NCBI GenBank assembly: GCA_038817885.1
Contig: JAWAZE010000001.1
Coordinates: 8,941-72,940, forward strand
Origin: Candidatus Bathyarchaeia archaeon
GTDB taxonomy: Archaea > Thermoproteota > Bathyarchaeia > Bathyarchaeales > DTEX01
Length of the DNA stretch: 64,000 bases
Direction: 5' to 3'
In this document: positions 8,292 to 18,471 of the stretch, piece after piece
How positions within the stretch are numbered: position 1 is the first letter of the stretch
How the letters are laid out: each line of letters opens with the position of its first letter
Notes under the pieces: model-generated
The model's input: only the letters and a program-made list of their open reading frames with translations
What the model was told of the DNA's origin: nothing
Database searches by the model: none
Made by a program: the position numbers and the translations under genes

Positions 8292-9608
8292 TCATATTTT
8301 ATAAACTTCTCCTTTTTCCGGCAAAATTATCTCGCCGTCTAAGTCGCTTAAGAACTTACTGAATAACCTTGGATATTCGCCATGTATTGGGAAAATCTTT
8401 TTTGGTTTAATTATTTCTAGGGACTTTCTGAGATGTAGCGGTGTTATGTGCCCGGAGACATGAATATGATACTGTGGTAAACCATAATACTCCAGCCAGC
8501 TTATAAGCCTACTAAAATCTATTTCCATCTCCTCATCAAATGGTTCAGATGCTGACAATATATAGCAGCTTCCTGGAAGTGGATTGATTTCAATAAGCCA
8601 ATTTAGATTAAAGAAGGGCAAACACATTATTATCTCGCTTTGTCTCTTAGATATCTCTTGCGGACTTATAACCTCGCTGCAATCCATAATTTTCTGCTCC
8701 CACTGGAAATACTTTTTCTTTTCTTTTTGAAATACAAGGATATCTTTAAGTCCTGGGGCCTTTAGGCGGCTATCTGAACTCAGAACATGTAGAAGATATG
8801 CTTGTTTAGGCGTGACCACAAGCCGCCTGTTACTTCTTGATGCGATCTCAAAGAACGACCTTAGTCTATCAATATCAGCGTAGGCAAACTCCGTTAAGAC
8901 TAAACCATTAGTATTCCTGACCACCATGTTAAGCTTTTCCATGACCTCACGCTCTGAAGAAACTTCAACCTCAGTCATGTTTGTATGTTCACATATAACC
9001 GCCTCGGGCCTTTCTTTAGCTGAAGCAGTTAGGAAATCCTCCGTCAATTCTGGTCTCTGCCCATGCCTTCTAAAATCACCAGTATAAATGATTGGGCCGG
9101 AAGAAGTGTAAATTATAAAGCCATATGATCCTGGGACGGAGTGATCCACATGTATTGGCATAATTTCAATCGAGCCAACCCTTATTTTGTCTCCTGTGCG
9201 GAATTTCTTGAACGTTATTCCCCTAAGGTTAAACTCCACATTTGCTGGGCGCACTTCATTTAGGGCATTAAGTATAAGGGCGGTTGTTTCACCACAATAA
9301 ACTGGTATATCTCTTCTTAAGAATGATATGTGAGCTGAGTGATCCATGTGGGAGTGTGAGAGAAAGACTGCATCAACGTATCTCTCAGATTCATCAAAAT
9401 AATAGGCTCCCTTCAGGCTGGGTAACAACCCTACCTTAATTAGCTCAGAGCCACTTTTCGGCGAGAGAAAAGGTGTAGAATAAAATTTATCTCTTAAGGT
9501 GAAAGATGCGCCGAAATCGAAGAAGATCCTTGAATCATTATCATCCACTAAGATTTTATTACCACCAACCTCGTTTACGCCGCCATAAAAAGATATTTTA
9601 ACCCCCAA
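8292..9608 (-). CDS. Metallo-beta-lactamase/beta-CASP ribonuclease (archaeal RNase J-like)
   Basis: 'ISFYGGVNEVGGNKILV' and 'FLSHSHMDHSAH' (HxHxDH), ~440 aa. I moved the start to TTG 9608: a GGAGGAGG SD lies 8 nt upstream, 1 nt after the upstream gene's TAG. The ORF-track ATG at 9632 would overlap the upstream gene by 23 nt. Confidence 0.75.
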   Translation of the reverse strand: MGVKISFYGGVNEVGGNKILVDDNDSRIFFDFGASFTLRDKFYSTPFLSPKSGSELIKVGLLPSLKGAYYFDESERYVDAVFLSHSHMDHSAHISFLRRDIPVYCGETTALILNALNEVRPANVEFNLRGITFKKFRTGDKIRVGSIEIMPIHVDHSVPGSYGFIIYTSSGPIIYTGDFRRHGQRPELTEDFLTASAKERPEAVICEHTNMTEVEVSSEREVMEKLNMVVRNTNGLVLTEFAYADIDRLRSFFEIASRSNRRLVVTPKQAYLLHVLSSDSRLKAPGLKDILVFQKEKKKYFQWEQKIMDCSEVISPQEISKRQSEIIMCLPFFNLNWLIEINPLPGSCYILSASEPFDEEMEIDFSRLISWLEYYGLPQYHIHVSGHITPLHLRKSLEIIKPKKIFPIHGEYPRLFSKFLSDLDGEIILPEKGEVYKI

Positions 9609-9609
9609 C

Positions 9610-11379
9610 CTATGCCTCCTCCAGTTTTTCATAGCTTAGCGTTTCCAGCAACCTTTTACATGAATTTACTATTGTTAAAAGTGTGTGTGGTGAGGTGAAG
9701 AAGCTGAAGACTCTTGTATACTTGAGCGACAACGCCTTTTTAATATTCTTTATGCTTCCGTTTGACATAATATAACCGCTTATAAACTCCCTTACAAGAT
9801 CCTCAGCAACATTTGTTGTCAGTAAAATATAATGTCCTGAATAATAAAGAAACTCGGCAATATCCCATGCTTGATCTCCTCCCCTCCCCGCCTGTTCAAG
9901 GTCTACAAAAAATACCCTTCCGTCAGATGTCACTATAATGTTCTCTGGCTTACAGTCGCCAATAGATACACCTAGCATGTGAACTCTAGCTATCTCACAC
10001 CCTATTTTTCTGATCACCATAAGAAGATTCCTCTTCTCCTCTCCCACAGCTCTGCATAATTGTTTGATTACCTTAGAAGCCGCCATACCCTCGATATGTT
10101 CTTGGATGATGATTTTCTCTTCTGGACTAACATATAATATTGCTGGGACATTAATTCCATGAGAGGACAGGAATCTATTCATCGTGTATTCTTTCTCAAG
10201 CCTAGTTTTCCCTAGTACAGCAAAGCTCCTTGTGCCCAGCGTCCAAAGGGTTATGGGAAACCACTTCCAACCGTACCAATCCTTAAATATTTTAGCAACA
10301 AATTTCTTCTCTTCTTTTTCATCGAAAGATCTTAATATATATACAGTATTAAGAACCCCACCCAATTTCTTCACACTGATCGTTGAAATATGTTTTTTAA
10401 GAAGTTTCCTCTTAATGAAGTCTTTCATATTTGTTTTTTCAGTAAATGGCACTACGCCTAATGCAGTTGGCACAAAAATATGTTTCTTGGGGTTCTCAAG
10501 CATTCTAAGAGGGTTTTTGAAGAAATCCTTTGAATGATGCGCCATATATATTCTGTTCTCATCTAAAAGAGACTCTCTAATCTCCGGGAAAATTCCAAGG
10601 ATATAGCGGATTATGTTATTTCTGACAACTTTGAATAAGCTAATTAAATGATAGCCACGTATCTTCTTAGCTTTCATAATATACTCATCAGATATTTTAA
10701 GGAAGCGCTCGTCGGCAGCGCGGAGGATTCCCTCATCAATAAGCTCTTTTATCGCCGCTCTAAATCCCTCCATCATTCTAGTGAGGTTCTTCTTTCTTTC
10801 CTCTTCCCAGAGAATATTCAGGAAGCGATAGGATATCAGTGGAAAAAGGCTTGCCCTGCGCATTAAATATTCATACATGAAATATTCCGGCTCGATTAAA
10901 AGGTTTCTTGACATTTCTGGGAAGCCTAAAATCAAGTTAACTAAGATGCTATTTACAATATTCTTTTTTACCTTAACCTCTTGGTTCCACAAATATTCGG
11001 CACCCATAATTGGCTCGTAAGGCGTTATAAGGTTTTCGGAGAGTATCCCGCCAAAGTTTTCATGTTTAATATCGTTCTCAAAGCTATTTTTGTCAACGAT
11101 TAGCAAGCGAACTTTTTTATCCGTTAACCATTCAGACCAGCACCTTAAAGCACTTCTCTTCGACTCAGTTATAGCAAGAACATCTATTGCACTTTTCTCA
11201 TCCGCATATCCTCCAGCGTATGCCCCATAGATTAGACCGGCAAAAACATTGGCAACTTTATCCTTCAGGAGAGAGCTAATATTCTTCTTTAACTCCCCAT
11301 TTAATCGAGCCAGCATCTCTCTAAATAATAATATAATCCCCCTTATAAAATCCTTATTATTGTTTCCAGATCCTCTCAA
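9610..11379 (-). CDS. Two-domain protein: Pol-beta-superfamily nucleotidyltransferase-like N-terminus plus RIO/Bud32/Kdo-kinase-like C-terminus
   Basis: N-terminus 'GLIYGAYAGGYADEKSAIDVLAI' (G-x-n-D-h-x pattern of minimal NTases; the second acidic residue is not obvious). C-terminus 'HMLGVSIGDCKPENIIVTSDGRVFFVDLEQAG' is the catalytic-loop/DxE(DFG-like) pattern of small eukaryote-like kinases. Confidence 0.55.
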   Translation of the reverse strand: MRGSGNNNKDFIRGIILLFREMLARLNGELKKNISSLLKDKVANVFAGLIYGAYAGGYADEKSAIDVLAITESKRSALRCWSEWLTDKKVRLLIVDKNSFENDIKHENFGGILSENLITPYEPIMGAEYLWNQEVKVKKNIVNSILVNLILGFPEMSRNLLIEPEYFMYEYLMRRASLFPLISYRFLNILWEEERKKNLTRMMEGFRAAIKELIDEGILRAADERFLKISDEYIMKAKKIRGYHLISLFKVVRNNIIRYILGIFPEIRESLLDENRIYMAHHSKDFFKNPLRMLENPKKHIFVPTALGVVPFTEKTNMKDFIKRKLLKKHISTISVKKLGGVLNTVYILRSFDEKEEKKFVAKIFKDWYGWKWFPITLWTLGTRSFAVLGKTRLEKEYTMNRFLSSHGINVPAILYVSPEEKIIIQEHIEGMAASKVIKQLCRAVGEEKRNLLMVIRKIGCEIARVHMLGVSIGDCKPENIIVTSDGRVFFVDLEQAGRGGDQAWDIAEFLYYSGHYILLTTNVAEDLVREFISGYIMSNGSIKNIKKALSLKYTRVFSFFTSPHTLLTIVNSCKRLLETLSYEKLEEA

Positions 11380-11415
11380 ATCATATAATAGTGTCTTTCA
11401 ACTAGATAATATACT

Positions 11416-12270
11416 ATGTATACTATGCATAGGTTTTATGCTGAAGCTGTTAAAACTGAATATTGGATGCCTGGAGAAAATTACTTGGAGAGGATAGCTA
11501 GGGCTGTTGAGGGGAGGGTTTCTGAGGGCGACATAATAATTATTTCCGAGAAGGCAATTTGTGTGGCGAAGAAATTGTTAATTGATGAAGAAAGCATTAA
11601 GCCTAGTTTTCTGGCATGTTTTCTAGCCCGATTTTGGATGAGGATTATTTGGGGATATTTTCTTGGAATCTTATGTCATTTAAAGAGCAAAAATATTATA
11701 CGTTTAAGAAACTATCCGCTTAAAGAAGGCGCGGCCCATAAAGAGGTTGCGTTAAAATATGCTGGGTTCCTTCACGCTCTAATGTGGGGTTCTGAGGGCG
11801 GTATAGACGGAAGTAACCTTCCCTACGCGTATGTCAGTCTCCCCCTAAAAAATGCTCAACAAGTTGCGGAGGAGATTCAAGAGTATTTAAAGAGCAGGCT
11901 TGGAAGAAAGTTAGCCGTTATGATCGTTGACACAGACAAAACATACTCTTTCAGAAATTTTCACTTCACACATCGGCCAGAACCATTAAAGGGAATCTAT
12001 ACCTTTCTCGGATTTATAGGGTATGTTATTGGTAGGTCTCTTAAACTTAGGCGTAGACCTACACCGCTGGCACTAGCTGGTGCGGTAATGAGTGTAGATT
12101 TAGCACTTGACATAGCTAATGTTGCCGAGAAAGTTAGGGGATACGGGGCTGGCCGCACAGTTTGGGATATGACTGAAAGGTTTCGTGTAAACTTAACTGG
12201 TGTGACATGGGATATGCTTAAGAAGATGGAGCATAAACCTATAGTAATAATTAGATATTTAAGAAAGTAA
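11416..12270 (+). CDS. CofE-like (F420-0:gamma-glutamyl ligase family) protein
   Basis: 'GDIIIISEKAICVAKK' and 'SEGGIDGSNLPY' resemble the CofE 'GDvlvvtsKivSKaEGr' and 'aGIDaSN' motifs. Weak, from memory. Confidence 0.45.
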   Translation: MYTMHRFYAEAVKTEYWMPGENYLERIARAVEGRVSEGDIIIISEKAICVAKKLLIDEESIKPSFLACFLARFWMRIIWGYFLGILCHLKSKNIIRLRNYPLKEGAAHKEVALKYAGFLHALMWGSEGGIDGSNLPYAYVSLPLKNAQQVAEEIQEYLKSRLGRKLAVMIVDTDKTYSFRNFHFTHRPEPLKGIYTFLGFIGYVIGRSLKLRRRPTPLALAGAVMSVDLALDIANVAEKVRGYGAGRTVWDMTERFRVNLTGVTWDMLKKMEHKPIVIIRYLRK

Positions 12271-12288
12271 AATGTTATCTAGAAAAGA

Positions 12289-12726
12289 GTGGAAATAGCT
12301 GTGGCACATATTGAAAGAAAGCTTGAAAAGTTGAATCATTTAATTGAGAGACTTAAAGATGAAGTTTCAGCAGGCGCGCTATTAATTGTTGAGGGAGAAA
12401 GGGATGTTGTTTCTCTCAGGGCGATTGGAATCAAAAATAATGTGATAGCTATTAAGTCTGGCGGAAAAACTCTTCAGGAGATCATAGATGAAATTTCTTT
12501 CTCGAATAAAGAAATTATATTGCTAACGGATTTTGATAAAAGAGGCAGGGAGCTTGCAGGGCGCCTATATAAATCTCTTGGGGGGATGAAGGTCAAAGTT
12601 AATTTGATGTTTTGGAAAGATATGTGTGAGTTGCTTGGCGGCGACATAAAAGACATAGAGGGACTAGCAATCTGCCTAGAGAATCTGAAGAGGAAAGTTG
12701 AGAAAGGGGCATCATGTGTAGATTAA
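12289..12726 (+). CDS. Small Toprim-domain protein (COG1658 / RNase M5-like, small primase-like)
   Basis: Toprim motifs 'LLIVEGERDVVSLRAIG' (conserved E) and 'ILLTDFDKRGRELA' (DxD). GTG start. Confidence 0.7.
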   Translation: MEIAVAHIERKLEKLNHLIERLKDEVSAGALLIVEGERDVVSLRAIGIKNNVIAIKSGGKTLQEIIDEISFSNKEIILLTDFDKRGRELAGRLYKSLGGMKVKVNLMFWKDMCELLGGDIKDIEGLAICLENLKRKVEKGASCVD

Positions 12727-12858
12727 AGGTTTACCTTAAAAGGATAAAAATATATGCAAGATATTAAAGAAATAATTTAAGGTTACTAAAATTAAAATTG
12801 CAGGGGACTCGATGCATTATTAATTTGGTATCACCTTATTATTTGGGGGTTATGGCTT

Positions 12859-13998
12859 ATGAACGCGCATTCACAAGCAGTAAAATATGTAATTAAAGCG
12901 AAGTTTGAGGTTGATGGGATAGTTGAGAAACCAGATGTTATCGGTGCAATCTTCGGTCAAACAGAAGGGCTTTTCGGCGCAGAATTAGATTTAAGGGAGC
13001 TCCAGAAGTCTGGCAGAGTTGGTAGAATAGAGGTTGAAATAACTTCACAGAAAGAAAATAAAACATCCGGGACAATAATCATTCCGACGAGCCTAGATAA
13101 GGTTTCAACGGCAATTATAGCTGCGAGTGTTGAGAGCATAGATAGAATTGGGCCATGTGCCGCTAAAATAACTTTAGAAAAAATTGAAGATGTTAGGGAG
13201 AGTAAACGTAAGGCTATAATTGAAAGGGCAAAAGAGATACTTCAGAGATGGAGTCTTGAAACATTGCCCGAGACCGAGGAGATGCTAAGAGAGGTTTCAG
13301 AAACAATCAGATTAGCAAAGATAAGGGAGTTTGGGTCGGAGAAGCTTCCAGCCGGGCCGGAAGTGGATTCTGCAAAGGAGATAATTATTGTTGAGGGGAG
13401 GGCAGATGTAATAAACCTCGTGAGACACGGCATATATAATGTTATAGCATTAGAGGGCATCAAGATACCTGAAACAATTATTAAATTAACTAGAGAGAAG
13501 GAGGCGACAGCTTTTCTAGATGGTGATCATGGTGGGGACCTAATTCTTAAGGAGCTGTTGAATGTCGCTAATATAAAGTATGTGGCTAGAGCTCCAAAAG
13601 GGAAGGAAGTTGAAGATTTATCAGCTAAGGAGATTGAAGAAGCCTTACGTAATAAGGTTTCGATTGAGGAGATTTTTGAGCGAAAAAAGAAGCGTAAAAG
13701 AATTCTCGTACCAAGGGAGATAGTTGCGGCGGCGGAGGAGCTTAGGGGGACCTTTGAAGCAATTCTTTTCAATGATAGAATGGAGAGGGTTGGTAGGCTC
13801 CCCGTGAGTGAGCTTGCTGAGAAACTAAAGGAGGTCGAGGGCGTAAATACTGTGGTTTTCGACGGGATAATAACTCAAAGGCTCGTTGATACGGCTAACG
13901 AAAGAAATGTCAAGTATCTTATTGGAGCCCGTATATCGGATGTAATAAAGCAGCCCCTAGGGGTCTCTCTACTAACATTCGACGATATACTTGACTAA
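12859..13998 (+). CDS. dnaG: Archaeal DnaG (Toprim primase-like protein, exosome-associated)
   Basis: N-terminus 'YVIKAKFEVDGIVEKPDVIGAIFGQTEGLFG' is characteristic of archaeal DnaG. Toprim motifs 'IIVEGRADVINL' and 'FLDGDHGGDLI'. Confidence 0.9.
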   Translation: MNAHSQAVKYVIKAKFEVDGIVEKPDVIGAIFGQTEGLFGAELDLRELQKSGRVGRIEVEITSQKENKTSGTIIIPTSLDKVSTAIIAASVESIDRIGPCAAKITLEKIEDVRESKRKAIIERAKEILQRWSLETLPETEEMLREVSETIRLAKIREFGSEKLPAGPEVDSAKEIIIVEGRADVINLVRHGIYNVIALEGIKIPETIIKLTREKEATAFLDGDHGGDLILKELLNVANIKYVARAPKGKEVEDLSAKEIEEALRNKVSIEEIFERKKKRKRILVPREIVAAAEELRGTFEAILFNDRMERVGRLPVSELAEKLKEVEGVNTVVFDGIITQRLVDTANERNVKYLIGARISDVIKQPLGVSLLTFDDILD

Positions 13999-14013
13999 CT
14001 CCATAGCATCTTA

Positions 14014-16416
14014 TCAACCTTTTCCAAAAAATTCGAGTAGCGTCTGCGCCTTCCCAGTCTTAGGGGGCAACAAATCATTCTCCTTAATGCCAAATAGAGA
14101 AAGTATTCTCAGCGCCGCTGGGATAATTTGATTTGTTACATAGTATTCTATATCAATCTCATTATATGTCGCTAAAAGGTATGGTTTTGCCCGCTCATGA
14201 AGCTTACCTGAGCCAGCCATTATAACATAACCAACCTTATCACCAACAGTTAATGTCCAGCCCTCCTTCTGAAGAAGCCTTGCGGCTTCGACGTGTGGCG
14301 CCCTTACCTCATACTCCTCAGGAGGTTTTGTTAAAGTCTTCCATATTATTAGGTCACGGTACGGGATCCTCTTCTCCCTCAAGCTCGTTATATATCTACG
14401 TACATATTCCACGGCTTTCCTGACAGATTGCTCCCTCAAAATTACTTCTAAAACCTTTTCCTGGATGTTCTTTGCGACCTCTGCCCAGTCCCCTCTAACT
14501 ACCTCTAATCCAACTATGTCGAGCCTCCCATCCGGCATTAAGCCGCAGTAGCGCTTCTTCGCCTCGGTGAAGAGCACGCGCTTATAAATCTTGTCTGGCT
14601 TTATCTCTAAACCGAATCTTTCCTCAATAGTTTTAGATAGCTTTTCAATTTTCTCAGGCTCATTTTTCACGAAGATGCTGTCAGTGTCGCCGTAAATTAC
14701 CTCTAAGCCGAGACTCTTAGCAATCTTAATAGTATCCATAATAATGTGCCTACCCCATGCCGTAACTGCCTCGGCGACAGGCTTAATGTACCATCTGGCG
14801 CCTATCCAGCCAGCATAGCCATATGTTGCATTCGCAATCACTTTAATTGCTTTTTGACGAGAATCAAGAAGCCTATACTTAACGGTCCCAGGATCAGCTT
14901 TCTTAAGCTCCGCCCTCACATAATCTCTCGCTTTAATAAGTTTTGTGAGAACCTCACGATAAAATCCTGGCGGCTCCCTCCTAAACTTATGATTAACTTC
15001 GGGCGCTATGAAAACCCCGGACTCCGGCTCCGGCTCTTCAGGCGGGATGTATGTATCTGGCGAAGCATTATAAGCTATCATTATGTTAGGGTACATTGAT
15101 TTAAAGTCTAAGACGGCTACGTCTTCATGGATTCCAGGCTTAGGCTCTAAGACAAGAGCCCCAGCATATGGTGTATATGGTCTCTCGACCTTCTTTGGCA
15201 CCAGCTCGCTTATTTGGTACAAGTGACGTATCAAAAACCATTCAACCCTAAAGCCGACTGCTGCTGTACCGATGTGATCTAGAGGTAAGCCGACTAGGCT
15301 TGAGAGCTGAATGGCAAAGTCTAGGATGGCTTCAGCTATACCCATTATACATATCGTATTATCCATAGAAAATTTTAGCAGCACCGGTCTCTTTGCAGGG
15401 TCATCCCAGTATTGGGCATATTCAACATCCTCTATTAATGTTCTCTCCTCAATCCTCATGATCCCTAGGTAGTCGGCTATATTCTCAAGAGTCTTAATTT
15501 TGACCTCAGGGAACTCGTCTGCATAATCAAATAAGTCTATATTAGCCCTGCCAGTAATGGAGATATGCCCATATGTGCTTGTATGCGGTTCTGTATTCGC
15601 CCTGTCAATCTTTAGAGATAGCCCATTGATCCCTGCTCTTGCCATCAAATATGGTATGTCCTTCCTGTTGGTTTCAAAGCCAACAATTATATCCGGGTCA
15701 AATTCTCTCAAATATTTTATGAAATCGCTGATGATCTTTCCATCCTCTCCGACGTTCTCCGTAATGAACTGTTTCTCTTCGCCAGTGTTAGTTTTGGCTG
15801 AAATTATTATGATGGGGTTCTTTTCAGGCTTCGGCGAGCCTTTTGGGCTATAGCATATAATTGAGAAACCCAGGATTTTCAATTTTGGGTTCTCAATAAT
15901 CTCTGGTAAATATTTTGGTCTCGATGTTGCAACCAACACTTTATCAACTTGCATATTTAATACATTAGGCTCCTCCTCAGCTTCCACCTCATGCCAACCG
16001 CATGGGACAATATTATTATCAATCATATATCGCATAGAATATCTAATATCATCCTCAAGAAAGCCGCCGACGCCATTAACCCTTGAAATCGCCTTAATAT
16101 ACTCTTGCACTATATCTGGATCTTGGCAATAAACTTTAACGACTTTCACGGGTTTTCCAAAAAACTTCCGATCTACAACCTCCAAGCCAGTTATGTATGG
16201 TAAGCTGGCGCTCAACCGCTTTATCCTCTCAGCTATTTTCTCAGCGTCTTCCCCCGTCTCCGGAAGCACATAAAAGTATGTTATGAAGTCCCTGTCTATG
16301 AGTAAAACCCTCTCCCCCCTATCATCTATACCCCAAAGCCAGACCTCAGGATTATGCTCTCTAACCTCATAATTTATATCCAGCAACCAGAAGCGGTACA
16401 AAGGCAACTTTCGCAC
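14014..16416 (-). CDS. polB: Family B DNA polymerase
   Basis: 800 aa. Motif A 'LDFKSMYPNIM', motif B 'KVIANATYGYAG', motif C 'VIYGDTDSIFV'. The N-terminal exonuclease region starts 'WLLDINYEV'. Confidence 0.95.
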   Translation of the reverse strand: MRKLPLYRFWLLDINYEVREHNPEVWLWGIDDRGERVLLIDRDFITYFYVLPETGEDAEKIAERIKRLSASLPYITGLEVVDRKFFGKPVKVVKVYCQDPDIVQEYIKAISRVNGVGGFLEDDIRYSMRYMIDNNIVPCGWHEVEAEEEPNVLNMQVDKVLVATSRPKYLPEIIENPKLKILGFSIICYSPKGSPKPEKNPIIIISAKTNTGEEKQFITENVGEDGKIISDFIKYLREFDPDIIVGFETNRKDIPYLMARAGINGLSLKIDRANTEPHTSTYGHISITGRANIDLFDYADEFPEVKIKTLENIADYLGIMRIEERTLIEDVEYAQYWDDPAKRPVLLKFSMDNTICIMGIAEAILDFAIQLSSLVGLPLDHIGTAAVGFRVEWFLIRHLYQISELVPKKVERPYTPYAGALVLEPKPGIHEDVAVLDFKSMYPNIMIAYNASPDTYIPPEEPEPESGVFIAPEVNHKFRREPPGFYREVLTKLIKARDYVRAELKKADPGTVKYRLLDSRQKAIKVIANATYGYAGWIGARWYIKPVAEAVTAWGRHIIMDTIKIAKSLGLEVIYGDTDSIFVKNEPEKIEKLSKTIEERFGLEIKPDKIYKRVLFTEAKKRYCGLMPDGRLDIVGLEVVRGDWAEVAKNIQEKVLEVILREQSVRKAVEYVRRYITSLREKRIPYRDLIIWKTLTKPPEEYEVRAPHVEAARLLQKEGWTLTVGDKVGYVIMAGSGKLHERAKPYLLATYNEIDIEYYVTNQIIPAALRILSLFGIKENDLLPPKTGKAQTLLEFFGKG

Positions 16417-16572
16417 TCTCCAAATCTTATTATGGAAAATCTATAGAATTAACTTTATAGACAAGGAAATAATTGTTACGCCCCGTGTTAAGGACTAAGA
16501 AATTTTAATTAGCGCTTATATTTAACTAGAAGAGATAAACTATATTATTTATGCGCGTTGAGGCGGTGTTAA

Positions 16573-17361
16573 ATGTTGATTACTATTTTAGGCGGCGGGG
16601 TTCTGGGAGAAGCTATCGCAAAAGGTCTGGTTTCAAGCGGTTATAAAGTTATAGTTACTGAGAAGAGGGATGAGCGTATACGCGAGCTCGAGAATATAGG
16701 TTTAAATGTTATGAGAGATAATAGGGCGGCTGTCAAGCAAGCTGATATCACTATACTCTGCGTTAAACCAAAGGATGTTGAAGATGTGCTAAAAGAAATT
16801 AGCGAGGAGATCAAAGGTAAGATTTTAATCTCGGTAGCAGCGGCCGTTCCAATAAGTTTCATTAAAAAGATAGTTACTAATGCAAAGATAATTAGGACCA
16901 TGCCAAACTTGGCAGCGCTTGTTCGTGAAGCGTTTATAGCCTACTCTGCTGACCCAGATGTTAGTAAAGAAGACCTTGAGATTGTTGAAAAGGTGCTTGG
17001 GGTTCTTGGAAAGGTTCGCATGGTTGATGAAGCGCATATGGATGCTTTGACAGCCCTAAATGGTTGTGCACCAGCTTATATGTCGCTTGTAGCTGAAGCA
17101 ATGATGTATGCTGGTCTAGAAATTGGTCTTGAAAGGGATTTAGCCTTGACAATCGTTGCGCAGGCGATGGTTGGAACTGGAAAATTGATCCTCGAGGGAA
17201 AGAAAACCCCCTCTGAAATATGTGCTATGGTTACAACTCCCGGCGGGGTCACTATAGAGGGGCTATTTGAGCTGGAGAGCTTTCCGGTGAGACATGCGTT
17301 TATGAGGGCTATTAAGGCAGCTGCTGAAAAGACCCATAAAATATCGGTTTCCTTCGGTTAA
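16573..17361 (+). CDS. proC: Pyrroline-5-carboxylate reductase
   Basis: 'ILGGGVLGEAIAKGL' Rossmann motif, 'RTMPNLAALVREA' and 'VTTPGGVTIEGL'. Confidence 0.9.
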   Translation: MLITILGGGVLGEAIAKGLVSSGYKVIVTEKRDERIRELENIGLNVMRDNRAAVKQADITILCVKPKDVEDVLKEISEEIKGKILISVAAAVPISFIKKIVTNAKIIRTMPNLAALVREAFIAYSADPDVSKEDLEIVEKVLGVLGKVRMVDEAHMDALTALNGCAPAYMSLVAEAMMYAGLEIGLERDLALTIVAQAMVGTGKLILEGKKTPSEICAMVTTPGGVTIEGLFELESFPVRHAFMRAIKAAAEKTHKISVSFG

Positions 17362-17377
17362 GTTACAAACTGGGCTC

Positions 17378-17944
17378 TTAGCTTGGCGCTATTTTGTCAG
17401 ACTTCGCGAGATCCTTTAACCTTTCAACCCCATTTATCTCTTTAATGTATGCGGCAACGCTCTTCGGGAGAAGATCTTCCCAATTTAAGTTTAGGAGCAT
17501 TCTACGTCTAATCTCCGTTGCTGAGCAGATATTCCTTCTGTAGAAGGGTATGGGCTCGACCTTAAATCCGCTCTCAATAAATAGACGCCTTGTTAATGGC
17601 TCATTAGAATACACCACATCAAATTTTGGGACTTGGGAGCGTACATGTGAAACCCATAAACTATGAATATCTAGATCCGTGACCGGGATAATATAATATC
17701 TACTTGGATCAACTCCCAACTCATTTAATGCGAGTCTAATCATATAGATTCTCTCACCAGCCGTGAAGGGGTTTTCAAGCGTATGACTCTCCTGAGAGCT
17801 ACCGACGACAATTATTATTTCATCGGAATTGCTAAGAATATATTTTATAGCCTCAAGATGACCAAGATGAAATGGTTGAAAACGCCCAACATAGAGCGCC
17901 CTAATAAACCTCGTATTACCCTTATTTTTACTCTCATTTTCCAT
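17378..17944 (-). CDS. nadM: Nicotinamide-nucleotide adenylyltransferase (archaeal NMNAT)
   Basis: 'RALYVGRFQPFHLGHL' (HxGH nucleotidyltransferase motif) and 'ICSATEIRRRM' (ISSTxxR-like). 188 aa. Confidence 0.85.
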   Translation of the reverse strand: MENESKNKGNTRFIRALYVGRFQPFHLGHLEAIKYILSNSDEIIIVVGSSQESHTLENPFTAGERIYMIRLALNELGVDPSRYYIIPVTDLDIHSLWVSHVRSQVPKFDVVYSNEPLTRRLFIESGFKVEPIPFYRRNICSATEIRRRMLLNLNWEDLLPKSVAAYIKEINGVERLKDLAKSDKIAPS

Positions 17945-18020
17945 AGGCTTTCCTTACCCTACCGATCATACAAACTATTAAATTAAATATTAAACTAACT
18001 TTCTTTTTATTATGATTTAA

Positions 18021-18365
18021 ATGTACCGGGCTAATAAGGAAGATTTAATTAAGTATCTACATCATATGACAGAATTTGAGAGGGCTGTTTTGTTGGCGGT
18101 CTTTGAAATACCTAGAGGCAGGGTCTCCACATATAAGCGTATAGCTGAGAAGGTTGGACGGCCGAGGGCATTCAGGGCTGTTGGAAACACTCTACATAAA
18201 AACCCGCTTCCGCCGATAATTCCCTGCCATAGGGTTGTTAGATCTGATGGCCGGATAGTTGGCGAAACTGTTGCAGAAATTAGGGAGAGGACAAAGTTGC
18301 TGTTGGAAGAGGGCGTACCAGTAATTAATTACCGTGTTAAGTTGAGCGATGAAATCCTTTATTAG
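18021..18365 (+). CDS. ogt: Methylated-DNA-protein-cysteine methyltransferase, single-domain (MGMT C-terminal domain)
   Basis: 'TEFERAVLLAVFEIPRGRVSTYKRIAE' and the active-site 'IIPCHRVVRSDG' (PCHRV). Confidence 0.8.
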   Translation: MYRANKEDLIKYLHHMTEFERAVLLAVFEIPRGRVSTYKRIAEKVGRPRAFRAVGNTLHKNPLPPIIPCHRVVRSDGRIVGETVAEIRERTKLLLEEGVPVINYRVKLSDEILY

Positions 18366-18471
18366 GAAGCCCAGTAACGCTTAAACCCATCATTTAAAAC
18401 AAGGTTTATTAACGGAAAATCTTAAAAAGATATATTAATCTGTAAATTTTATTTTTTGGTGTTGGAGAGGT

